Shown here: piece by piece, positions 28,229-40,474 of the stretch | Numbering within the stretch: the first letter of the stretch is position 1 | Layout: each line of letters starts with the position of its first letter | Source of the DNA: Octopus vulgaris | Lineage: Eukaryota | Assembly: GCA_951406725.2 (NCBI GenBank) | Contig: OX597822.1 | Coordinates: 49,724,001-49,788,000, forward strand | Direction of reading: 5' to 3' | Length of the DNA: 64,000 nucleotides | Made by a program: the position numbers and the translations under genes | The notes under the pieces: model-generated | Databases searched by the model: none | Seen by the model: only the letters and a program-made list of their open reading frames with translations | What the model was told of the DNA's origin: nothing

Positions 28229-28268
<40 letters not shown>

Positions 28269-28847
28269 TACAGAATATTAAAAAAATGGCAGAAGTTATA
28301 AATCATAGAGAAAATTGAAAAGGTAAATATGTGAAAATTCAATGGTATGTATAAAATATAAGCGCAAAACGAAAAACAATAATCATATCAATGTAGATGA
28401 AGGCGATGTAAAAGATCTGCTTAGAATCACATGTTTATTACCCTTTCAGAAGTGTCAGTGGCCAGAGTTGTTACTGGAACAGTGTAGTGTTTGGTGTTAT
28501 TAGTGTTCAGCCCATCCCAAAATACCATCACTGTTACCACCACTACCGCCGCCCCCGCCGCCACGAACTCCAATACCAACACGGCTTCCACAACTGCCTC
28601 AACTGCTACCTTAACTAAAGAGTTAATGATCAGCATCAGTGACATTATCATAAGCAGTGTCATGATTTTCTTCACGAATATCGTCATGGTCATCATCATG
28701 ATCATGCTCACTACCAGAAACATCATATCTATTGTTATTTGCATCACCATCATTATCATAATCATCATCGTCTACATCATTAGCATAATCATAATTACTA
28801 GCTGGACCCATGAAAAATTCACGGAAAATATAAAACATTTAACATAA

Positions 28848-29160
28848 GGGGGATCAGCCATCTGAATGTGGCTAGGGACAGGGCGGGGTGGTGGTTGGTG
28901 TTACTGATGCATTTAGCCCCAGGCGATCATCGACGTCACCAGAAGGGCTGACACCATCTCGGTGTCCTTGCCAGCCTGCAAAGAGAGATCAGCCTCCCCG
29001 AAGATACGGATACTACATACGGACCGGTTTCGAGGTTATTGCCTCTTGTCAACGCATGGCAAGTACCGTTCTTCGTTGAGGGTCTTCCTCTACAGGCTGG
29101 ATATATAGGGATTTTCACAGTAACCACAGTCACTGGCGTAGAAAATCCGTTCGAAAACAA
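28848..29160 (-). mobile_element. ~310-bp GC-rich element carrying a hammerhead ribozyme motif
   Basis: Abrupt GC-rich block in AT-rich DNA, containing the hammerhead fold at 29016-29058. Confidence 0.5.
29016..29058 (-). ncRNA. Minimal type I hammerhead ribozyme with two core substitutions
   Basis: CATGCG-TTGACAA-GAGG-CAATAA-CCTC-GAAA-CCGG-TC-CGTATG: stem I, CUGANGA-like core, stem II, GAAA, palindromic stem III, GUC cleavage triplet, stem I'. Confidence 0.7.
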
Positions 29161-29254
29161 TAATAAATCTCTGAGCGAGATATAAACAGTAACTGCTCAA
29201 TAACATTAAAATGTGTGCTGGTGCCTTGAGAAATGTTTCTATATTGTGACAGTT

Positions 29255-29482
29255 AAAGGCGGCGAGCTGGCTGAATTGTTAGAAAGCTGGACGAAATGCG
29301 TAGCGTTATTTCGTCTGTCTTTACGTTCAGAGTTCAAATTCTGACGAGGTCGACTTTGCCTTTCATCTTTTCGGGGTCGATAACTTAAGTACAAATTGCG
29401 CACTGAGGTCGAACTAATCGACTGCCCCCCCCCCTCCCCGCAAAAATTTCAGGACTTATGCCTTTAGTAGAAAAGTTTATTG
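29255..29482 (+). mobile_element. Full-length family B Meta-SINE
   Basis: Head GGCGGCGAGCTGGC, B-box GAGTTCAAATTC, Meta-like core GACTTTGCCTTTCATCTTTTCGGGGTCGATAA and 3' tail. Confidence 0.85.
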
Positions 29483-29640
29483 TGACAGTTACAGAAAAAA
29501 GACAGAAGTGTAAATCTGATAATCCAACCAAAGTATCTCAGTTACACAAACGTAAACAGAATTACTACTTAGCCTTAAAATACATCGTGCATATTCTGAG
29601 AACCCTCTTGGTTTAGTGCTACGGAATGATTTTCTTGTGT

Positions 29641-29720
29641 TCTTTTATTCTTTTACTTGTTTCAGTCATTTGACAGTGGCCATGGTGGAGCACCACCCTT
29701 TATTAGAAGGAATTGACCCC
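29641..29720 (-). mobile_element. 3' fragment of family A SINE
   Basis: TTTTACTTGTTTCAGTCATTTGAC..GGCCATGG.GGAGCACC. Confidence 0.7.
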
Positions 29721-29739
29721 TGGGACAAACGCAGGAACA

Positions 29740-29784
<45 letters not shown>

Positions 29785-30448
29785 GCACACACATATATAT
29801 ATATACATATATACATACATATATGCATCTATATATATATACATACATATATGCATATATATCTATATATATACACACACGCATACATATATGTGTATGT
29901 GTGTGTATTTTAGTTTTTGTTTACTTATACACATCAATAAACGAGCCAGTTGAACAACTCTGCACGGTTGTTCAATTTGCTAGAAATAACAGCCTTACTC
30001 TCATACTATACTCTTGTTAGTATTAAGGAAGGGGAAAAATTGAATTAATATTTTGGTTTTGTTCGGCTCTGTGAAATTAATTTTTTTCCTTTAATGCTTT
30101 CATTCATTACTTGATACAAGAAAAAAGAATTGGAAAAATCCTGACCACAACAGAGAAATTGTAACATTATAAAAATTGAGAAAGAGAAAGAAAAGGTTGT
30201 ATTCGAAAGTCAAAAGATGTATTTTAGCTGAGGTGTAATTTTATAATTCAAACAAATTCAAAATTTAAATTTTGGAACATAAGACTTAATATGTTGTGTG
30301 GTGAATGGCCGAATTCAAATGGGTAGAAGACCTAAAACAAATGTGTGTGTGTGTTGTGTGTATGTGTGGTTGGGCCTTTAATAGCCAGGGGTCAATTTCA
30401 GTTCAGTCGTAGATACGAATTCAAAGGAATTCAGCCACTCCCTTACAC

Positions 30449-30482
<34 letters not shown>

Positions 30483-32812
30483 TTTTTCACTTCCTCTCTC
30501 CCTTGCTCAACACATGCGTCTAATTTAAGTATCTTAATTTTTCCATTATGCTCATTGCTGCTTTGGTGGACCAGCAGGCATAGGTGTTGAGTAGTAGTAA
30601 TGCAACACATTCCAGTAATTACAAATTATAAACTTTTTTGTAAGCAACAAAATTTCTTTCAACAATTTCTTTCTCTTAAGCGTGACAGACGCGTCAGGTA
30701 CATACAAACAAAATTGGCGCATTAATATTATTGATCATCAAAATTACCACCATCATCATCATCATTTCAGCCAATATTCCCTCGGTTTAACACCCATAAT
30801 TTAAAAGAAAATATAAGCGGCGTACATAGAGTAAATTATCATTAGTGTTCAATCAAATCATTGGAGGGATTCACTCTTTTATTAGGATCTAAGTGGAAAT
30901 TTTATGCTGTTGGCCTACATTGTCTTAAAGTTGGCGATGTGACTAAATTCTTCGATATTATTGTAAATAGCTCTTCAAATTGTTCAGTTTATGAAATAAC
31001 GCAAATATGAACCACAATTAAATAACAACGTTGTATCTTTAAATATAATACAAGTTTAAACAGTTATCTTTAACGATAGCTTTGTTTATCAGGTGGAAGA
31101 GACAATCCCGAGAATATCAAAATACTGAGAAAATGATGAAGGAATAGATCAAATTAACTATATCCGCAGAAGATAACTCGAATCAGCGAGCAGTTAATTT
31201 GGTGCACGTAAGAGGAAATATTTCAATGAAGAGCAATTACGTAAGTTTAAACTGCTTGTTAACTTAAATATTACTCTTCAACTGAAGCAGTGCAGGGTTT
31301 ATTAAGAGGACCAAAAATAATTGTAGGCACGTTTGCTTTAGTGGGTGAAAGTCAACATGAAAATAGTGGCGTAATAAAACAAGTGCCCAACAAATTTCAA
31401 GACATCCTACTTATGTCATAGATCTCTTATATGGTGTGTTTTTTAATCTTCCTATGAAGAAAAAAAAGTCGGTGTTGGTTATGATATCAAGCACTAGGTA
31501 TAATTTTATCAACTGTATCTTCATTATTTTCATTTCAATGCACATAGGCATGCGTTTACGTATGTAAATATATGTATGTATAAAATAATACCAGTTTCGT
31601 CTGGGGTCTACTTTTCCTGTCCAGAACGTCATGACCTTGTGCCAAAATTTGTAATCAATATTAGTCTACATCGCAAAGATTCGACTTAAGAAAGCATGGA
31701 ATTCATTACGTTAATGCTATGTAAGAAGTATTCAATAACGCTTCAAAGTAAAACTCTCTTTCGAAAGGAGCAAAATTTTAGGCTACACGAACATGAATTC
31801 AGTTTCACGTCATTTCACTACAATTTCTGTGTTTTAGAACAAAATGTTTTGGCGATTGAAGCGTGGTTCAATACAGGTATGTGATTTTGTCTTTCTTTGC
31901 TCTGACTGAAAACTTGCACGATTGTTTATAAGTTTATAGACCTGACTACATTTTCATTAGTTCAGTGCCGTAAAAATATTTTTCAAACTCTTGGGGATGC
32001 GAAAGAACGATCCCAAACAGCTTTCCATTTCTCCTTTGCATTGTAAGTTGCTGTTTACAGTTACATTTGCATTGGGGGTAATTTGTAGTGTGCTTGCGTA
32101 AACATACCCTCGTACACGTTAGCATACATATCTATGTTATACTATGACTAGACCAGACTTTAGTCTTCTCTGTACTCATGTATCCAATGGCTTCATTTCG
32201 TGAGCGTCTTTGAAATTGTTTCCTGAATTGATATTTCAATATTGTTTCCTATTTCAAAACATGAAAGTGGAAATGTGATTATTTCATGTTATAATGAGAG
32301 GACGAGAGAGGGACAGGGCATCAATGTAAGGGTGAAATGTCTAAAGCAACAGTTTATACACTGTGCAGATATCGACTAATAAAATATCCAAATCTATTAT
32401 AAAAATATGAGGTGTTGTCGTTAAGTCTAGTAGGAAAATATGATTAACGTGAAAAAGGATGAAAAAGATCTATTTATTAGAGAAAAACGCTCAGGACGAC
32501 ATTAAAAGGAGATTAAAAGAAAGAGTAAATAAAATATTGTTGCTGTTGCTGTTATTGATTTCAGAAGAAACCTATTGTTACAAAATCGCTTTGAAGGACT
32601 ATTGAAGTCAAGATCCTTCCTGGTATCAAAAGTGTTCTAGACATTATAGCTACTAGCTACAATAACAACAATAACAGCAACAACAACTACAATAATAACA
32701 ATAACAATAAAAATAATGATAATAACAATTACAAAAAAGGCAAAAGATAATGAACAATTAAGAAAACAGATGATATAGCTACTACTGTAAAACAAATAAA
32801 TAAATAAATAAT

Positions 32813-32853
<41 letters not shown>

Positions 32854-32904
32854 TAAATATAATAATAATAATGATGATGATGATGATGATGATGATGATA
32901 ATAA

Positions 32905-34110
32905 TTCGAAGTTAAACGGACGGAATAAGATTGAAGCTATCAACCACGTGGGTGGTTTCACTACTTAGATATGTAGCAGTGGTGGTCGCATAGAGTGTAG
33001 ACGAATTAAACAGCTTATACACAAAGACAAGGAAAGTACTGACTAGATATGGACACTCCACCCAAAAAGTGACAGACTGTAAGTACCAAGAAAAGGAGTA
33101 GGAAGTGGACTGATTGGATGTGAACACAGCATTAGAGCAGAAGAAAAGAACATAGCATGGTATGTAAACAGTTCCACAGAACCGCTATTATTCGAAGTAA
33201 GAAGGTCAGGCTTGTAAAAGATGGAAAATATCAAAGATAAAGTACTGTACAAGGACTTGAGAATGAATGAATCTATAAATAGGTGGATAAAGAAAAGATT
33301 GCACGAACAATTTCATAGGGATGTTGATGATAAGACAGACAGAGAAAAAAGATGGCTGTGGAAGTCTAAAAGTGATTTAAAACAGGAAACGGAGGCTCTA
33401 ATCTGTGCTGCCGAAGACCAAGCATGAAGAGACAACAAAACAGAAAGTGATAAGTGCAGAATTTGTGGACAAGATGATGAAACCGTATGTCATATTACCA
33501 GTCAATGTACGCCACTAGCCTAGAAAGAATATAAGGGCCATCATGACAATATAGCAAGGATTGTCCATTGGATACTTTGCAACAAATATGCACTTCACAG
33601 AGAAAATGTGGGACGAGCATATATCCGTAGGCATCATCGCAAATGAAATACAAAGATCCTGTGGGATTTTATGATTCAGTGCGAGAATGAGATAGAGAAT
33701 AGGAAGCCAGATATAGTCTTAATTGGAAGAGAAAGCAAACAATGCTGGATATAGCATGTCCAGCTGACATGCCCAAATGACAACAAGGTATGCGATATGG
33801 AAAATAAAAGTCGATAGTTATGACAGTTTAGCTTAGGAGTTTAGGCAGTTTGGTCGATTTAAAAGGTGGCAGTAGTACCAATAATTGTCGGAGCCCTGGG
33901 AACAGTGAGTAAAAGTCTTGAGAAATACATAGAACAAATATGGGCTGCAATAAGTGTGGAGCACTTGCAGAAAACAACACTGCTTGGAACTGCTCGAATA
34001 CTCCGGATGGTGCTCGAAAGATATGTTTTGTTAGCGTAGTTCACTGGTATTGAACAGCTGAAACTGTAGTACATCTCCAGCGTTAGAATCTGTGCAAAGA
34101 CAATAAAATA
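32905..34110 (+). mobile_element. 5'-truncated Dong/R4-clade LINE (thumb, CCHC, restriction-like endonuclease)
   Basis: HPKSD, GLIG, LKQETEALICAAEDQA, CRICG..ETV.HI.SQC, HDN, KILWDF.IQC, RKPDIV, PIIVGALG, LQK..LLGTARILR; (TAA)n on both sides. Confidence 0.88.
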
Positions 34111-34136
34111 TTAATAATAATAATAATCATTATTAT

Positions 34137-34590
34137 AAATGCCCTGATGCAGTACCAGGCAATAACTTATATGGGTTCTCATCATGCCTAGTTGGGCATG
34201 TCCCTTAGTGGCTGACGATATGTGCATCGCTGATCACGAGGAGAAGTAATGGGGTAGTATTATATCCATGTGTTGAGTGGAATTCTTTAGGGTTTAGATA
34301 CATCACATCTGTAAACATGGGTGTTTCGTTCAACATCCTTAAACAATCCTTAATGAGAATTTTTTGAGCAGTTTAGGCTACTCGACCTGAAGAAAATTCC
34401 AGCTGGGCCCCATATGCAAGGTCATGCGCTGTTAATTTTGATACGAGATGACCATGTCACGCACATATGGTTGTCATGTTTGTACCTGGTATACCCTTGT
34501 CAGACGGGTAGTCATGATGGTTATACCGGGCTTCTTATATTTTACCCCAGTGTCACTTTTAATGTCATACACTGCTCTCTCACTAAATAT
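34137..34590 (+). mobile_element. Non-coding (TAA)n-tailed retroelement, copy A
   Basis: Colinear with 35631-36104 from GCATGTCCCTTAGTGGCTGACGATATGTGC to CTGCTCTCTCACT; followed by (AAT)n. Confidence 0.8.
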
Positions 34591-34591
34591 C

Positions 34592-34650
<59 letters not shown>

Positions 34651-34651
<1 letters not shown>

Positions 34652-35620
34652 GAATAAGTGTGGTATATAAAAATTCCGTTGAGCCACTCTTGGAACACAC
34701 GAAGAAAGCCGGCGACCTCAAAACTGAAAATTGTGTAATGATAGAAAAATTTAAACAAATGAAGAAAAAAAAAGGAAAAGACTTGGAAGGAAAAGAAAAT
34801 GTACGGTCAGTTTGCAAGAGATGTGAATGCCAAGACAGATACAAAGGACCACTGGCTATGGATGAGGAAGAGTGACCTGAAGATAAATACAGAAACACTC
34901 ATATGCGCAGCTCAAGAACAGGCGTTAAGGACCCATTATATGAAGTGTAGAAATGACAACACTATTCTATAGCGACAAATGTAGAATATGTGGCGAGAGA
35001 GGTGAAACGGTCTGGCATATCGTTAGCGAATGCCCGAAATTGGCACAACGTGGATACAAACGATGCCATGACAATGTGGCAACAATGATCCATAGGGAGC
35101 TCTGTGAAAATCAAGGGCCACAAAGAGCAAAGACGCGGTATGAGAAAACCCCAGGAGTGACCAAAAATGAGAATAGCAAAATAATGTGGGATGTAATGAT
35201 ACAGTGCGATAACCTGACCAGACATAGGAGACCGGACATTGTTGTGGTGAATAAAAAAGATAGGACATGTATGGCAATAGATATAGCATGACCCGGTTGC
35301 AACAGGATCAGTGTAAAAGAAGAAAAAAATAAACAACTATGACGATTTACAAAGGAAAATACGAAGGTTGATGTCAATGAAGGGAGTAGACGTGATAGCA
35401 ATAGTAATTGGTGCACTTGGAAGTATCAGCACTCAACTACCAACATGCCTGAAAATGATCGGTGCAAGAACACCTACAAAAATCAGCACTGCTTGGAAAT
35501 GCAAGAATCCTTCACAGTGTTCTTGAAACGTGACTAGTAAATGAGTATCACTTTAGCCTGCTTGGAGTGGATAGCTTCACTTTCCATCATACCCAGCAAT
35601 ATAAGTTGTGAGTTTTCATA
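34651..35620 (+). mobile_element. Second 5'-truncated Dong/R4-clade LINE, different subfamily
   Basis: ETLICAAQEQALRT, CRICGERGETVWHIVSEC, HDNVA, KIMWDVMIQCD, RRPDIV, IDIA, IVIGALG; starts and ends in (TAA)n. Confidence 0.88.
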
Positions 35621-35630
35621 TAATAATAAT

Positions 35631-36104
35631 TGTCTTGGTATAAAAGATGGGCTACAGCAAATATTCTGCTCAATGCCACAGATTTGCTTGTCAGTTGTTT
35701 GACCTTAACCAGTTGAGCATGTCCCTTAGTGGCTGACGATATGTGCATCTCTGATCACGAGCAGAAGTAGTGGGGGAGCATCATAGCCATGTGTTGAGAG
35801 GGATTCTTTGGGGTTTGAATAGTTCACCTCTGGAAATATGGGTGGTTCTTTCAACATCCTTAAACAACCCTTATTCAGGGACCGTTTGAGCGGGATGGGC
35901 TACTCAACCTGAAGAAAATTCTAACTGGGCCCCACCTGCAAGGTCATGTGCTGTTTATCTTGATATGAGATCACCATGTCGCGCACATATGGTTGTGATG
36001 CATGTGCCTGGTGTACCTTTATCAGACGGGTAGTCATGATGGGTATTGGGCTTCGTATATTTTACCCCAGTGTCACTTTGATGGCATGAACTGCTCTCTC
36101 ACTC
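35631..36104 (+). mobile_element. Non-coding (TAA)n-tailed retroelement, copy B
   Basis: Inserted in the (TAA)n tail of the preceding LINE and followed by a long (AAT)n. Confidence 0.85.
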
Positions 36105-36160
<56 letters not shown>

Positions 36161-36236
36161 CAATAATAATAAAAATAATAATAATGACAATAATAATAAA
36201 GGTAATAATAATGACAATGATAATAATAATAATGAC

Positions 36237-36270
<34 letters not shown>

Positions 36271-36457
36271 GTAATAGTAATAGTAATAATAATAAATAAT
36301 AATAATAATAATAATAATATTAATAATGACAATAATAATAAAAATAATAATAATGACAATGATAATAATAATAATGACAATAATAATAATGCATGTAATA
36401 ATAATAATTGGGCTTCATATATACCCCAGTGTCACTTTGATGGCATGCACTGCCTTC

Positions 36458-36545
<88 letters not shown>
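36105..36545. repeat. (AAT)n array interrupted by a short insertion
   Basis: Direct reading. Confidence 0.95.
36408..36457 (+). mobile_element. 50-bp 3' end of the non-coding element, copy C
   Basis: TTGGGCTTCATATATACCCCAGTGTCACTTTGATGGCATGCACTGC matches ~36046-36094; (AAT)n on both sides. Confidence 0.8.
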
Positions 36546-36689
36546 GGAAATATCGCGGGGAATATCAAACAGCATGGACGTGTGACAGCGAACTGCTAGG
36601 AATATAAATTAAATCTGAAGCCACTACAAGGCAGGAATTAAGAATCCGCAAAAACAATGAAAGAAAACCATGTGTTAATGTAAATCATA

Positions 36690-36745
<56 letters not shown>

Positions 36746-37279
36746 AATAGCATTAAAATGTAAATACTGCAATAATTTCTATGCGAAAACTGCAAACTTG
36801 TGAGTAAAATTTTGAATTTTAATTACATATACATCCATATTTATACAACACCTCCATGTGTATATGCACATTGCTGTTTCTTCGCGGTCTATCGCTCAAA
36901 CATCAATAATAATTATAACTACGAAAGAACCATCAACTATGTCCGATGGATGTGTTCAGTTAAAAAAGTGAACCCTGTAAAAATGGAATCCATAACAAAA
37001 TCAACTAAAAGAGTAAAAACGGTTGACCGATGACCATAAATACTATGAAGTACCTGATTAGGGATTTACACAGACTACTACGCAAAACTCCTCCAAAAAC
37101 ATACAGGAATAAATTCATAACATAAATACCCAACAAAATGAACAAAGCCCTCAACATGTGTCATAGAAGGCCGATACCCGACAGAAGAACAAAACCTGCG
37201 CTGCACAAACAACACACAAAACAAAATCTAATACACCAGAAGACACAAACAAAATCCCATTTAAAAAGCATACCGATAC

Positions 37280-40200
37280 AAGAGTGGTGATGAAGTTGGT
37301 GACGAACATTACCTTACCTCAGTCTATGAGAGACAGGAGTTTCCGACGGAACTCGTGGGGTAACAGCAAAAATGAAGCTGGGACTCTCACTGGGCAGTGG
37401 TTCAGTAAAGATGCACACTGACCACAGATGTTGTCCTAATACAACATCAGCAGATAATAGAGTCAAGAGAAGGAAGTGGACCAGCGAAGAAAACAGGATA
37501 GTCACGCACTGCTATTAATACTTAGAAAGTGAACCTAAAAGATGGGGTTACAGAAAACGGATGTTAACACTTTGGGTAGTGAAGGGTATGTTTAAAGTGA
37601 CTGAGCAGAAATTAGTTGATAAAGCTAATGCTATTAGCAGAGAAAGTGGATGACATAATTGGAGGAAGAAGAGATCACAAAATAAAAACTGGAAAAGAAA
37701 GATCAAGCAGTAGGAAAAACAAACAACGACATAAGAGACACTGCATAAACTAAAGAAGAACCTAAAGGAAAAAATAATAATAGCGCTACGAATAAGGAAC
37801 AGACAACTGGCACCAGTAACTTAAATCATTTAAGTGAGGATGTTCAGAAAATTTTAGATGAGTTGAAGGAAGTAATGAGTAAAGAAGTAAGAAAAAGTTT
37901 GGCAGCTTTAAAAGGCACCAACAGAAGGAAGCTGTTAGAAATAACTAGGACAGAAGATTCTGTTATCAGTAGGATAGAAGCTAAATGAATTATCTATGCA
38001 GGAGGGATAGTAATCACCAGAAGATTAGATGCATCACAGGGAAAGATGAAAAAGGAGAAAATGTAGAAAATGAGGTAACAAAAGAAAGTGGAGACTTTAA
38101 ACAAGATCTGAGTAAAATAGAAACCAGCAAACTGATAAAGTTAGGAAACAAAGGTGCAAATCCTCCCTAGAGAAAAGATACTTAGTCACATAGACATGAT
38201 TTGGGACAGTAATAGAGGAGTTGAAACATATCACAGCAGTTTCATAGCAGTAGCAAGGAAGCTGTCCAGATATTAGAAAAGAATAGATCAGTATCAACAG
38301 AATAGTTTATTTGAGACCGACCAGAGAGATTTTGTAACCAAATTAATCGTAGAGAACGAAGTACTGAAGATGAGAAACCTATTGCAGAGGATGCTAGAAA
38401 GTTCTGGAGTAATATTTGGGATAAACTAGTAAATCGTAACGGAGATGCAGTATAGTTAAAGAAAGTTAGGAAAGAAGTAGCGAGTGAGAAGCAGCCAGAT
38501 CTAAGATTGACTAGGAAAAATGCCGAAATAGAAGGGCCCAAGACCAGATTTAGTTCAAGGATACAGACTAAAGAAAATCAGTAATATATATGGGAGGCTG
38601 AGGGAACAACTTCAATCATTTGCTTACCATTAGTGTGGAAGATGTTAACAGAAATGCTTTCAGAAAGCATTTACGAGCATGTTGACAACCAGAATTTACT
38701 ACCAGAAGAGCAGAAAAGGTTGAAGGAAGAAGGCTAGACGATCGCATGATCTAACATATTAGACAAAGAAGTTCTAAATAAAGTAGAATGAAAAATCTAA
38801 CAATAGCATGGATACATTATAGGAAAGCCTATGACATTATCCCACACTCATGGACAAATGAATGTTTGAGTATGTTCTGTATTGTAGGCAACATAGGAGA
38901 ATTAATTAGCATGAAGTAATGGGAAGTAGATCTATATTTACGTGACACAGGCATAGGGATAGTTAATATCAACAGATGAATTCTCCAGGAGGACTCGTTG
39001 TCCCCTTTAATATTAGTTCTATGTTTGATCCCCCTTAGTTTAGTATTAATGAAGGCAAAATGCAGGGTATCAGTTCAAAAATAGTAATTGAAAACAATTG
39101 CTGTAAATGGACAATCTGAAACTTTTTAGTGAGAATGAAAAAGAGATAGATTCCTTAATACAGACTTGAAGACTCTGCAGTATAGAAATAGGCATGAAAT
39201 TTGGCATAGTTAAATGTACAATATTAGTCATGGGAAGTGACAGGTAGTCAACAGTGAAGGCCACCAATTACCAGATGGCCAGACATTAAAATCATTGAAA
39301 GGAGGAGAGAGTTTATAAGTATGTATTAGAATCTGGCAAAGTATTATAGAAATGAAAACGAAAATTAAGAAAGAGATCATCAAAAAGGTGAGGTAGCTAA
39401 TGAATTCAATGCTTCATGGTCCTAATCTAGGGAAAGCTGTAAATACTTTGGCAGTATCATTACTTACATATTCAGCAACTTCTGAAGATTGGACGAAAGC
39501 TTAACTAGCAAAGATAGACAGAAGAACTAGAAAGGAATTCAATATAAATGGAGGACTCCACTCAAGGGCAGGAGTAGCAAGACTATATCTACATAGAAAG
39601 GAAGGTGGAAGAGGTTTAATATCAGTGGAAGACTGCATGGAGTTACCTAGATTAGATATAGACTATGTAGGTGATAGTCAAGAAAGTTTGTTGAAAGCTG
39701 CTAGTGTCGAAGCAAGACATAGGGAAACCAAAACACCAAACGAAGTTAAAAACCACAAAAAGCAGAAATTATCTGACTGGCAGAAGAAGGCGTTTTATGG
39801 AAGATTCCCAAAGATAGTTGCTGCAAATAATAGTCGTGAGATATGGTTATGGCTGCAGAAGGGTAAGCTGAAGAGGGAGACAGAAAATTTATTGGTAGCT
39901 GCACAAGATCAAGCATTAGGGAAGAATTGGATAAAAGCCAAGATACACGAAAACCTAGCCGTCCTGTGCCACCATGCTACATTCTCTCACTATATGAGTA
40001 GATTTACTTATATATAGTTAGAGAATGTAGCATGCTGGCACAGAAAGTATACAAGAAAAGACATGACAATCTAGGGAGAGCCATCCACCCTGAGCTTTGT
40101 AGAAAGCTACGGTTGGAACATATTGGTAAATTGTATGAACATGAGCCTAGTAAATTACTAGATAGTAAGAAGTACAAAATGTTGTGTGACTTTACCATTC

Positions 40201-40470
40201 AGACTGACAGTGTAATAGAAGCTAGAAGGCCTGATTTGGTATTAGTAAAGAGAAACGAAAGTGCCAGATAATTGACTTTACAGTCCTAAATGATGAAAAA
40301 AGCGATATGAGAGCTATAGGAAAAATAGCAAAGTAGCAGAACCTAGCCATTTAATTTAAGAGACTATAGGAAGTGCTGATAAAATGTAACTCAGTAGTTA
40401 TAAGTGCATTAGGATCTATCCATAGAGATGTGAACAGGTGGATAGAGAAAATAGGTATAAAACAGTGTTA
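37280..40470 (+). mobile_element. Near-full-length decayed Dong/R4-clade LINE
   Basis: N-terminal RRKWTSEENR..GYRKRM..LW..EQKL.D; RT LLPEEQK, IAWI.YRKAYDI.PH, PGGLV (degraded QGD), GMKFG..KC; GGRGL, LKRETENLLVAAQDQAL, RHDN, RPDLV. 3' end interrupted by a SINE. Confidence 0.85.
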
Positions 40471-40474
40471 GACT

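Noticed and set aside
28427-28847. Thr/Ala- and Ile/Met-rich ORFs
   Set aside because: Degenerate trinucleotide low-complexity DNA with no recognisable domain or splice support.
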